From an uncultured Gammaproteobacteria bacterium (GTDB lineage Bacteria; Patescibacteriota; Patescibacteriia; UBA1558; GWA2-36-10), in contig CAZWYP010000001.1 in the NCBI GenBank assembly GCA_964638415.1, positions 148,650-212,649 on the forward strand: a DNA stretch of 64,000 bases. Reading direction: 5' to 3'. Below are positions 49,102 through 57,823 of this stretch, piece by piece. A program made the position numbers and the translations under genes. The notes beneath the pieces were generated by a model. It saw only the letters and a list, made by a program, of their open reading frames with translations. It did not search any database and was not told where the DNA came from. Every line of letters starts with the position of its first letter. The stretch's first letter is position 1.

Positions 49102-49566
49102 ATGAATAAGATTGTAATTATTGCCGTGTTTATTTTCTGGGCTATTGTCAGTTTTTTCTTTGTCCGGAGCTTATTTGATAAGCAACCTGAGGTTTTGCTT
49201 AATAGTACTAATAGCCAGTTGCCAGCAGAAGACGCTACTGGTCAGGCCTTCAGCGTTGATTTAGTAGCTCAGCACAATACTGCGGCTGACTGTTGGGTAA
49301 CTTATGGCAATACCGTTTATAACGTCACGGATTATCTCAACTCCCATCCTGGCGGTAGAGATCGCATTATTCCCTACTGTGGTTCAGACATTGCCGCTGC
49401 TTTTGCTGCTCAAGGACACTCTAATACTGCCACCAGTATTTTAAATGGTTTAGCTATTGGGACTATTGGTCAAATAATTTCTAATGATCCTAACACTATT
49501 ACTCCACCGCCGGTAAGTAACCCAAAGAAGGACGATGATGACGATGAAAAAGAAGATGATGATTAA
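49102..49566 (+). CDS. Membrane-anchored cytochrome b5-like heme-binding protein with an acidic tail
   Basis: HPGG motif (YLNSHPGG) and a second His in AQGHS; N-terminal TM; ORF 49075-49566, trimmed to ATG 49102. Confidence 0.7.
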   Translation: MNKIVIIAVFIFWAIVSFFFVRSLFDKQPEVLLNSTNSQLPAEDATGQAFSVDLVAQHNTAADCWVTYGNTVYNVTDYLNSHPGGRDRIIPYCGSDIAAAFAAQGHSNTATSILNGLAIGTIGQIISNDPNTITPPPVSNPKKDDDDDEKEDDD

Positions 49567-49570
49567 ATAA

Positions 49571-49600
49571 GATACCCTATAGTTTTATAGGGTATTTTTT
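49571..49600 (+). terminator. Intrinsic terminator GATACCCTATAGTTTTATAGGGTATTTTTT
   Basis: Palindrome plus T-run. Confidence 0.8.
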
Positions 49601-49608
49601 GTTATAAT
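49600..49608 (+). promoter_or_regulatory. Extended -10 promoter TGTTATAAT upstream of the beta-lactamase-like gene
   Basis: TGnTATAAT read from the sequence; similar elements at 15749, 43387 and 54725. Confidence 0.45.
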
Positions 49609-49623
49609 ATATACTGATATTTT

Positions 49624-50616
49624 ATGAATAATAATAACGAGCAAACAGCCTATTTGACTAATAAGTCAAAAACACACAAGTTAATTATATTTTTTTTGCT
49701 ATTAACCAATATTTTTACTGGGGGATGGTTTTTTATTTACCAAAAAGATCATCTAATAAACCCAAAAGAATACCCGTACATAGATGTTACTAGAAGTTTA
49801 ATTCCCCAGGAGCATTTTGTGGTTAATTTGGAGCCGCTTAGAGAAAGCTTAGATCAATTAGTTAAAGATTTTGGCGAAGATTCAGTGTCCATTTATATAG
49901 AATTTTTAAATACTGGAGCTAATATTTCAATTAATAAAGATAATTATATTTGGCCAGCTAGTTTAACTAAACTTCCGGTAGCTATGGCGACAATGAAAAA
50001 GATTGAGAAAGGGGAATGGGAATTTAATAATGAACTGGTTTTAACAAGAGAAGATGTAAATCAATTTTCCGGGGATGCTAAGGATCCCTTATCTGAATAT
50101 CCGGTGGGCAGCAGATTTACTATTCGCAAACTTTTGGAGGAATTATTAATAAATTCTGATAATACTGCTTATTATATTTTACTTCGCAATATTCATGAAG
50201 ATGAGCTGAAAGAAGTAATTTTAAATATCGGAATTGAAACATTATTTTCTCCTTCCGGCCAGATTTCATCCAAAGAATATTCCAGAATCTTTAGGGCTTT
50301 ATACACTTCCAGTTTTTTAAAGAGAGAAAACTCCCAGTATTTATTGGAAATATTAGATCAATCTGTCTTTGATGAATTTTTATCTGGCGCTGTGGCAAAA
50401 GAAATTCCTTTTCCCCATAAATATGGGCAAGATGACAAGAACAAGGCTTATTCTGATTCGGGTATAGTATATTTGCCATACCGACCTTATATAATTACGG
50501 TGATGGTACAGGGCGATCAGAATGAATCTTTTGAAAGTGAAAAAACCAAGGCGGCAGATTTTATGAATAAAGTTTCTCAGATTACTTACGAATATTTTTC
50601 TCTACAGACTAAATAA
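49624..50616 (+). CDS. Class-A beta-lactamase-like serine hydrolase, membrane-anchored
   Basis: SxxK (ASLTK), SDN (NSDNTAY), K(T/Y)G (HKYGQD) motifs; N-terminal TM. Confidence 0.65.
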   Translation: MNNNNEQTAYLTNKSKTHKLIIFFLLLTNIFTGGWFFIYQKDHLINPKEYPYIDVTRSLIPQEHFVVNLEPLRESLDQLVKDFGEDSVSIYIEFLNTGANISINKDNYIWPASLTKLPVAMATMKKIEKGEWEFNNELVLTREDVNQFSGDAKDPLSEYPVGSRFTIRKLLEELLINSDNTAYYILLRNIHEDELKEVILNIGIETLFSPSGQISSKEYSRIFRALYTSSFLKRENSQYLLEILDQSVFDEFLSGAVAKEIPFPHKYGQDDKNKAYSDSGIVYLPYRPYIITVMVQGDQNESFESEKTKAADFMNKVSQITYEYFSLQTK

Positions 50617-50618
50617 TT

Positions 50619-53600
50619 ATGTCGAAGAAGATAAAAAATATTATTAGGATATTTTCAATTACTTTTGTTTCTTTTATTTTTTTATTGACTAATGTTTTTA
50701 GCGGGCTAACCAGCTGGTTTTACGAGTATCTTAAAAACAGCAATATAGTAGATATATTATGGCAGGCTCAGCACAGTAAATCCGTAGTGGATAATTTCTT
50801 AAAGGATAACTTAACCGTAAGGCAGACTTCTGCAGCAGAAATAACAATTGAATCGGATACTACTGATGCTACTTTTGAGTACGGCACTTCTCCAGCGGTA
50901 GTCTTTACTACTGATCAGATTGGCTATGTTTTTTTTGTTGACGCTGGCAATGATCTGGTCTACAGAAAAACTACTAATGGGGGTACTAATTGGGCAGCAC
51001 CGACGATCATAGACAATGTAGTGACTGGCTGGGTTTCAGTTGCTGTTTGGTATGACCAATGGACTCCCGGAGATAGTAGTAATACCAAGATTCATATTGC
51101 TGCTTCCGATAATGCTTCTGACGATATTTTTTATACTTACTTGGACACTAACGGAGATAATCTAAAGGGTAGCGTGGTAACGGCAGTGTCGGGCTCAGCC
51201 ACTTTAACTGCTGGCGCTGACGGCCCACCCAGCATTACCAAAGGCGCTGGTGGAGCATTATTTGTATCAGGTAATTTCACCAGCACTGCCGGAGGCAAGG
51301 TTTCTAAGTCAACGGACGGCGCTGGAGATAGTTGGTCCGATGTCACTCCTTCCGGCTGGAGTTCAGTAGCAATTGACCAGATCCAATTATTACCTCTTTT
51401 AACTGGAGATGACATCATAGCGATTAAAGCAGAAACTGCTAATAATGCCATAAAATACCAAATTTACGATGAAACCAATGATCAATGGCCAGCCTCCTGG
51501 AGTAATATTGCTACACTAACCGAAAACACCACCTATGATCAATGGTTTTCCGCTACCATCAAGAAATCCACTGGCGATGTTTATCTGACTTTTGCTAATC
51601 AGACAGCCAATGCTGCTAATGATATTGAATTCTGGAGCTTTGATGAAAGTAATAGGGGTAGTGGCTTTGTGAAAGGCACTAACAATGTTTATGATAACAG
51701 CAATTTGATTATTTCCCCAGTGCCCTTAACAGATGAAAATACTGGAGATATTTATGTGGCGTATATCAGTGGAAGAATTCAAGGAACGATAGGTGCGGTA
51801 ACTCATGTGTTTTATAAAAAATCTACTGACGGCGGCAATACCTGGAGTAATGAATACGGTAATATCAATAACGATGTTGGTGATGACTACCGTTATTTGA
51901 GAGGCAATTTATTAAGTAGTGATCGCTTGTTTATTATTTATCACGATGATGATGACAATGATATACTTGGTACTACGATTGAGTCTCAGGATACTACCGT
52001 TGAAGCCAATGTAGATACTGCCATTATTGATGCTACGGATGAATATGGGCCATCACCATCAGGGGTGTTCACTACGGAAGATGTTGGTTATAAATTTTTT
52101 GTAAAAACCAATACTGTTTTGGATGGCACTGATGAATTTGGCCCATCACCGTCAGTGGTTTTTACAGATGCTAATACTGGCTATGCTTTTTTTGTTAGCG
52201 CTGTTAATCAGGATTTAGTTTACGCCAAGACGATTAATGGCGGAGCCAATTGGAGCGGACAAGTGATAATTGATTCAGCAGTTGGTGGCTGGACAATGGC
52301 TTCTGTCTGGTACGATCAGTGGACGCCGGGGGATACTACTGGAACCAAGATTCACATTGCTGCTTCTGATGATGTGTCTGATGACATTTACTATACTTAT
52401 CTGGATACTAATGGTGATACTTTGAAGGGTAGCGTGGTAACGGCGGTTTCAGGGTCAACTACTTTAACGGAAGCAAGCGACGGTCCACCCAGCATTACCA
52501 AAGGCGCTGGTGGGGCATTATTTGTATCAGGCAATTTCACCAGCACTGCTGGAGGCAAAGTTTCTAAGTCAACGGACGGTGCTGGAGATAGTTGGTCCGA
52601 TGTCACTCCTTCGGGCTGGAGCTCAGTAGCAATTGACCAAATACAACTACTGCCGTTGTTAACTGGAAATGATATTATGGCGATTAAAGCCCAGACGGCA
52701 GATAACACTATTAGATACCAAATTTACGACGAAACTAATGATCAATGGCCAGCCTCCTGGACTAATATTGCCACTTTAACTGAGAACCTTACCTATTACC
52801 AATGGTTTTCTGCTACCATCAAGAAATCCACTGGTGATGTTTATCTGACTTTTGCCAATCAGACAGCTAATGCTGCTAATGATATTGAATTCTGGAGCTT
52901 TGATGAAAGTAATAGGGGCAGTGGTTTTGTTCAAGGTGCTAATATATTTACTGATAATGCCACCGTTATTTCCCCAGTCCCTATCATAGAAGAAGATACG
53001 GGTAATATTTATGTAGCTTATATCAGAGGCACGTTAAATGCTACCGTGAGGGTTTATTATAAAAGCTCAACTGACGGCGGAGCTAATTGGGGCAGTGAGT
53101 CGTCCAGTGTTAGTCCGACTACTGCTGATGATCATAAGTACTTAAGAGGAAATATTCTTAACAATGATACTTTATATGTCGTTTGGTACAATGACGATAC
53201 TAATATCCTAAGGGGGAACTCTCTTTTGTCACCAATCGCTACTGATGTGCCTTTGACCGGTCAGTCCATAGCTTTTAGAAAGACTACCACCGGCGGGGCT
53301 GCTTGGGGGACTTTGCGTATTTTAGCACCAGGTTTAGGCGCCACCATGGTTTCTGTCTGGTATGATCGATGGACGCCTGGGGACACCACTGGAACCAAGA
53401 TCCATGTTGTTTATTCTGATGATGTGACTGATGATTATTATTATACTTATTTAGATACCAATGGCGATGAGATTGGCTTTAATAAACCAGTAATTTTAGG
53501 ATCAGCTATTACTGAGTTGGGTGTCGGTACGCCAGGTATTACCAAAGGCGCTGGGGGAGCTTTATTTTTATCTGGTCAATTTAATACTACTGCCGGAGGC

Positions 53601-54686
53601 AAAGTATATAAGTCGGTCAATGGTGGAGACACCTGGTCCGATGTTACTCCTTCCGGTTGGAGCTCAGTAGCAATTGACCAGATCCAATTATTACCGCTTT
53701 TAACTGGAGATGACATTATGGCTATCAAAGCCCAGACAGCAGATGATACTATTAGATACCAAATTTACGATGAAACCAATGATCAATGGCCTGATTCTTG
53801 GACTAGTATTGCTACACTAACCGAAAACACTACCTATGACCAATGGTTTTCCGCTACCATCAAGAAATCCACTGGCGATGTTTATCTGACTTTTGCTAAT
53901 CAGACGGCCAATGCTGCTAATGATATTGAATTCTGGAGCTTTGATGAAAGTAATAGGGGCAGTGGCTTTGTGAAGGGCACCAATAATGTTTATGATAATA
54001 GCAACGTTATTCTTTCCCCCATAACTTTAATTGATGAAAATAATGGTAATTTATATGTGGCTTATTTACGAGGCACTCTGGAAAATAATATGGGGGTGTA
54101 TTACAAGACTTCCACTGACGGCGGGGACACCTGGAGCGCAGAATCAGCTAATTTAGGTCCAGGCTTGGTTGATGATCATAAGTATCTACACAGCACCTTA
54201 TTGAGCGGAGATAGGCTTTATATATTTTGGTATAACGATGATTTAGAGGATATTATGGGTAATACCATTCCATTTTTGGTGGCAGCGGAAATATCAATTA
54301 CTTTATCTACCGATGGTTCCATTTCTTTTGGCGGACTCTCTTTAGAAGCAGTTGAAGACACTACTGCTGGAGGAATTAATGATGTGGAAACGATTAATGT
54401 GGATTCAGGCCCAGTTGATTTGGATATTAGAAGTACAACGTGGTCTGAAGGGGCTAATATTTGGACCCTAGGCAATGATAGTGCGGATAATCAGGTATTA
54501 TGGGAATTCTCTCCCAATGGCAGCTCTTGGTCAACTTTTCTAGTGGCTGATAATTTATATAATTTGGCAACCAATGTTTCTCAAGGTAATAGTCAGAATG
54601 TCTATTTCCGTCTTAGTATGCCCACGATTACTGACTCTTATCAGGAATACAGCGCTGATGTTACTATAGTAGCCTCTAGTCCCTAA
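50619..54686 (+). CDS. Giant cell-surface protein (1355 aa) with an N-terminal TM anchor, three tandem ~420-aa modules carrying Asp-box/BNR motifs (SxDxGxTW), and a distinct C-terminal domain
   Basis: Asp-box motifs KSTDGGNTWS, SSTDGGANWG, TSTDGGDTWS, TTNGGTNWA, TINGGANWS, SVNGGDTWS; near-identical nucleotide repeats. Confidence 0.75.
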   Translation: MSKKIKNIIRIFSITFVSFIFLLTNVFSGLTSWFYEYLKNSNIVDILWQAQHSKSVVDNFLKDNLTVRQTSAAEITIESDTTDATFEYGTSPAVVFTTDQIGYVFFVDAGNDLVYRKTTNGGTNWAAPTIIDNVVTGWVSVAVWYDQWTPGDSSNTKIHIAASDNASDDIFYTYLDTNGDNLKGSVVTAVSGSATLTAGADGPPSITKGAGGALFVSGNFTSTAGGKVSKSTDGAGDSWSDVTPSGWSSVAIDQIQLLPLLTGDDIIAIKAETANNAIKYQIYDETNDQWPASWSNIATLTENTTYDQWFSATIKKSTGDVYLTFANQTANAANDIEFWSFDESNRGSGFVKGTNNVYDNSNLIISPVPLTDENTGDIYVAYISGRIQGTIGAVTHVFYKKSTDGGNTWSNEYGNINNDVGDDYRYLRGNLLSSDRLFIIYHDDDDNDILGTTIESQDTTVEANVDTAIIDATDEYGPSPSGVFTTEDVGYKFFVKTNTVLDGTDEFGPSPSVVFTDANTGYAFFVSAVNQDLVYAKTINGGANWSGQVIIDSAVGGWTMASVWYDQWTPGDTTGTKIHIAASDDVSDDIYYTYLDTNGDTLKGSVVTAVSGSTTLTEASDGPPSITKGAGGALFVSGNFTSTAGGKVSKSTDGAGDSWSDVTPSGWSSVAIDQIQLLPLLTGNDIMAIKAQTADNTIRYQIYDETNDQWPASWTNIATLTENLTYYQWFSATIKKSTGDVYLTFANQTANAANDIEFWSFDESNRGSGFVQGANIFTDNATVISPVPIIEEDTGNIYVAYIRGTLNATVRVYYKSSTDGGANWGSESSSVSPTTADDHKYLRGNILNNDTLYVVWYNDDTNILRGNSLLSPIATDVPLTGQSIAFRKTTTGGAAWGTLRILAPGLGATMVSVWYDRWTPGDTTGTKIHVVYSDDVTDDYYYTYLDTNGDEIGFNKPVILGSAITELGVGTPGITKGAGGALFLSGQFNTTAGGKVYKSVNGGDTWSDVTPSGWSSVAIDQIQLLPLLTGDDIMAIKAQTADDTIRYQIYDETNDQWPDSWTSIATLTENTTYDQWFSATIKKSTGDVYLTFANQTANAANDIEFWSFDESNRGSGFVKGTNNVYDNSNVILSPITLIDENNGNLYVAYLRGTLENNMGVYYKTSTDGGDTWSAESANLGPGLVDDHKYLHSTLLSGDRLYIFWYNDDLEDIMGNTIPFLVAAEISITLSTDGSISFGGLSLEAVEDTTAGGINDVETINVDSGPVDLDIRSTTWSEGANIWTLGNDSADNQVLWEFSPNGSSWSTFLVADNLYNLATNVSQGNSQNVYFRLSMPTITDSYQEYSADVTIVASSP
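51167..54010 (+). repeat. Three tandem intragenic repeats; core ~530-nt segments (about 51170-51700, 52430-52960, 53470-54000) are near-identical; period ~1260 and ~1040 nt
   Basis: Landmarks ATTACCAAAGGCGCTGG (51235/52494/53540) and TTCTGGAGCTTTGATGAAAGTAATAGGGG (51631/52891/53929). Confidence 0.85.
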
Positions 54687-54763
54687 GTAATTTTATTTAT
54701 GGGTCTTGTTTATGTGGCAAGTTGTGTTATAATATAAGCATTAAAAATAAACATAATAAAAAT

Positions 54764-55270
54764 ATGAAACAAAGTATTATAAGTATTTCTTTTGTAATCT
54801 TAGTCGGGTTATTTATCACCCTAGTTTCCCAAGCTGCAGATAATGCTACGGTAACCGCTACGGTAACTGCGCAGAATATAGCAATATCAGTAGCTGATGG
54901 ATCAATAACTTATGGCACTATAGCCTTAGGTGGGGCAGCTTCAACAACAGCTGACAGCATTAATGACAGTCAGACCGTTACTAATGACGGTAATATCACC
55001 TCCGATCTTGATATCCGGGGACAGAATACCGCTGCTTGGACTTTGGCGGGAAGTTCTGGAGCTGATCAGTATATTCACCAGTTTTGTGGAGAAGCTAATT
55101 GTGATTCCGCACCAGTTTGGACAGCTTTAACCACTAGTTACCAGGCTTTGGCTACTAGTATTGCCGCTGCCGGCACCAAGGTTTTTGATTTAAAGATTAC
55201 TTTACCTGCCTCTAGTAGCAGTTATACTCAGCAGTCCGTAGATGTTACTGTCTTAGCTTCCGCTTCTTAA
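54764..55270 (+). CDS. Secreted protein paralogous to the C-terminal domain of the giant protein
   Basis: Shared pattern IS..DGSI..G...L....TTA..IND..T...D....DLDIR...WTL...S.ADQ... and C-terminal SVDVTVLASAS versus SADVTIVASSP; extended -10 TGTTATAAT at 54725-54733. Confidence 0.6.
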   Translation: MKQSIISISFVILVGLFITLVSQAADNATVTATVTAQNIAISVADGSITYGTIALGGAASTTADSINDSQTVTNDGNITSDLDIRGQNTAAWTLAGSSGADQYIHQFCGEANCDSAPVWTALTTSYQALATSIAAAGTKVFDLKITLPASSSSYTQQSVDVTVLASAS

Positions 55271-55286
55271 AATTTTTACGATATTA

Positions 55287-55889
55287 ATGAAAAAAAGATT
55301 TACTTATTTTCTTATTGCTGTTTTTCTATTGATTCCAGGTTTATCGCTGGCTAAAATGGGAGTAGGTGTTGGTACCGGCAAAATCGTTATGGATCAGGAA
55401 TTAAAAGCTGGCACCTACCATAATTTGCCGGCTTTAACGGTGATTAATACCGGAGATGAGCCAGCGGATTATGGAGTTTCAGTATCTCATCGTGAGAATC
55501 AGCCAGAACTAAAACCTAATGCTGAGTGGTTTACTTTTTCTCCTAATAGTTTTCATCTTGATCCGGGGCAAGCTCAGAGAGTAGAAATCAAGGTAAATTT
55601 ACCAATAAAAATACAGCCCGGCGATTATTTCGCATTTTTGGAAGCACATCTTAATAATAGCAATCAAGACGCTTCCAAAACCAGCATTGGCATCGCCGCT
55701 GCTAGCAAGCTTTATTTTACAGTAGCCCCTTCCAATTTTATTCAGGGCATATATTATCGGATAATTTCATTTATATTCTATTATCGCCCTTGGACATACA
55801 TAGTCCCGATTGTAATATTTTTGGCTATTTTGATTACAATTTTCAGGAAAAAGTTTGTTTTTAATATTAGCATTGGTAAAAAACAATAG
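55287..55889 (+). CDS. Hypothetical surface protein (N-terminal signal, C-terminal TM anchor)
   Basis: ORF and hydropathy. Confidence 0.5.
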   Translation: MKKRFTYFLIAVFLLIPGLSLAKMGVGVGTGKIVMDQELKAGTYHNLPALTVINTGDEPADYGVSVSHRENQPELKPNAEWFTFSPNSFHLDPGQAQRVEIKVNLPIKIQPGDYFAFLEAHLNNSNQDASKTSIGIAAASKLYFTVAPSNFIQGIYYRIISFIFYYRPWTYIVPIVIFLAILITIFRKKFVFNISIGKKQ

Positions 55890-55894
55890 TTTTA

Positions 55895-56941
55895 ATGATT
55901 GTTTCCAAAGCCAAAATTTTTCTTTTCCTATTCCCTCTATTGTTAGTGGGAATATTTTTTGTAGCTAAGTTTGTTATTGCTCAATCTTACAATATTGATG
56001 CTCAGGTTAGAATCAGTGTTTGTGGTAACGGTGACGCTGAAGGTGGTGAAGAATGTGATGGAGCTGATTTTAATGGCTTAAGCTGCTCTAACTTTGGTTT
56101 TAGCTCTGGTAATTTAACTTGTGATATCGCTTGTGATATTGATGCCAGTGATTGCCGGAACACTACTGGCGGAGGAGGCGGTGGCGGAGGAGGCGGTGGT
56201 GGCGGCGGGGGAATTCCCCCGGTGCAGACTAGTGTTACTTTTTCCGGCCGGGCTTATCCGCAAAGCGAAGTCACTATTTTAAAAGACGGCCAGATTGCCA
56301 TAACTACTATTGCCGGCCCAGACGCTAATTTTTATGTATCATTAACTGGCTTGGCGGCGGGTAATTATAATTTTGCTGTTTATAGTGAAGACAGTGATAA
56401 TCGCCGCTCAACTCTTTTTACTTTCCCTGTATATATTACTGCTGGCGCTACCACCAATATTAGCGGTATTTATATCGCCCCTACCATTGCCGTAGATAAA
56501 AGTCAGGTTAGGCGCGGGGATAACATAGCTATTTTCGGCCAAACTGTGCCTAGTGCTAATGTGACTATTTCAGTTCATTCCAACCCAGAATATTTCCGTT
56601 ACATTATTGCTGACGAAGATGGTGTTTATTTGCATAATTTTGATACTTCAATTTTGGCTCAAGGCGGCCATAATACAAAATCTAAATCCGCAATAACTGG
56701 AGAAATCAGCTCTTTTGGTCAAACAGTAGGTTTTACCGTGGGTGAAGACAATGTGCCGGCAGAGGAAACAAATGATTTGCCAGCAGATGTTAATAATGAT
56801 AATAAGGTTAATTTAATTGATTTTTCCGTGGCCGCTTACTGGTATGGCCGGGCAAATCCTCCGGCTAATGTCGATCTTAATAAGGATGGCAAAGTGAATT
56901 TAGTTGATTTTAGTATCATGGCTTATCATTGGACTGGTTAA
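55895..56941 (+). CDS. Membrane-anchored protein with a Cys-rich module, a 29-residue poly-Gly linker, Ig-like region and a C-terminal type-I dockerin (two Ca-binding repeats)
   Basis: DVNNDNKVNLIDFSVAAYW and DLNKDGKVNLVDFSIMAYHW fit the D-x-N-x-D-x-x-x-N-x-x-D dockerin consensus exactly. Confidence 0.75.
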   Translation: MIVSKAKIFLFLFPLLLVGIFFVAKFVIAQSYNIDAQVRISVCGNGDAEGGEECDGADFNGLSCSNFGFSSGNLTCDIACDIDASDCRNTTGGGGGGGGGGGGGGGIPPVQTSVTFSGRAYPQSEVTILKDGQIAITTIAGPDANFYVSLTGLAAGNYNFAVYSEDSDNRRSTLFTFPVYITAGATTNISGIYIAPTIAVDKSQVRRGDNIAIFGQTVPSANVTISVHSNPEYFRYIIADEDGVYLHNFDTSILAQGGHNTKSKSAITGEISSFGQTVGFTVGEDNVPAEETNDLPADVNNDNKVNLIDFSVAAYWYGRANPPANVDLNKDGKVNLVDFSIMAYHWTG

Positions 56942-56944
56942 GAT

Positions 56945-57823
56945 ATGCGCAGGTATATATTTTTTATTTTATTAGGATTATTATTTTTTCCCTTCCGTCA
57001 GCTGCAAGCTGCCGAATTGTCGATTATTAACAATTACCAGGCCATAAATATTGGTCAGGAGTTTGAAGTTGTTGTTTATCTTAATACTGAAAATGAAAAA
57101 ATTAATGCTTTATCTGGAAAAATTATTTTTCCTGAACAATATCTGGAGTTAGTCAGAATAAAGAATAATGATTCAGTTATTAATTTTTGGATTGAAATGC
57201 CAAGCTTAAGCCAGCCGGGAGAGGTGTCTTTCTCGGGCATTATTCCTGGAGGATTGGAAGATAATCGTAGTAAAATATTTTCTTTGATTTTCCGAGCTAA
57301 ATCTGCCGGCAGTGAACAGGTGTCTATTTCAGATTTTTCTGCTCTACTTAATGATGGTCAAGGCACAGCGGTTAATACTAAAACTGTTTCTGCTTTATTT
57401 AATATCTCCGATGAAGTCATAGTTTATCAGCCAGGCATAGAGGAGGTGGCTGATTTTGATCTGCCGGAATCATTCAATCCTTTACTTACCCAGATCCCAG
57501 AAATTGCCGATAATAAATATCTTTTAGTCTTTTTGACCCAGGACAAAGGTTCTGGTATTAGCCACTATGAGGTAAAAGAAGGCTGGGGAAGCTTTAAGGT
57601 TGCCACTAGTCCTTATGTTTTAGAGAATCAGAAGTTAAATCAGAAGATTTTTGTCAAAGCTATTGACCAAGCTGGTAATGCCAGAGTGGTTACTTTTATT
57701 CCACCCAATTACCTTCCCTGGTATAAAAATTACCAATTATTTGGTATAATAATACTAGTAATTATCTTTGCTTATTTTTCTCAGCGTTATTCCCACAAAA
57801 ACAAAAAAACAACAAAAACATAA
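56945..57823 (+). CDS. Cohesin-like domain protein 1 (signal, cohesin-like N-domain, shared SGI(S/D)HYE(V/I) domain, C-terminal TM)
   Basis: N-domain pattern (IG..FEV.VYL......INALSGK.IFP...LELV...; ...FRAK..G...VS.......NDGQGT) typical of cohesin beta-sandwiches; paralog of the next gene. Confidence 0.55.
   Translation: MRRYIFFILLGLLFFPFRQLQAAELSIINNYQAINIGQEFEVVVYLNTENEKINALSGKIIFPEQYLELVRIKNNDSVINFWIEMPSLSQPGEVSFSGIIPGGLEDNRSKIFSLIFRAKSAGSEQVSISDFSALLNDGQGTAVNTKTVSALFNISDEVIVYQPGIEEVADFDLPESFNPLLTQIPEIADNKYLLVFLTQDKGSGISHYEVKEGWGSFKVATSPYVLENQKLNQKIFVKAIDQAGNARVVTFIPPNYLPWYKNYQLFGIIILVIIFAYFSQRYSHKNKKTTKT

Noticed and set aside
51137-52708. ORFs 51137-51451 (-) and 52397-52708 (-), near-identical 103/104-aa proteins
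   Set aside because: They are antisense to the giant BNR gene and exist only because the tandem repeat is copied. They are repeat artefacts, not genes.
50619-54686. CRISPR array or non-coding tandem repeat
   Set aside because: The repeats are ~1.26 kb with an in-frame coding sequence throughout. They have no short repeat-spacer periodicity and no cas genes. They are intragenic protein-module repeats.
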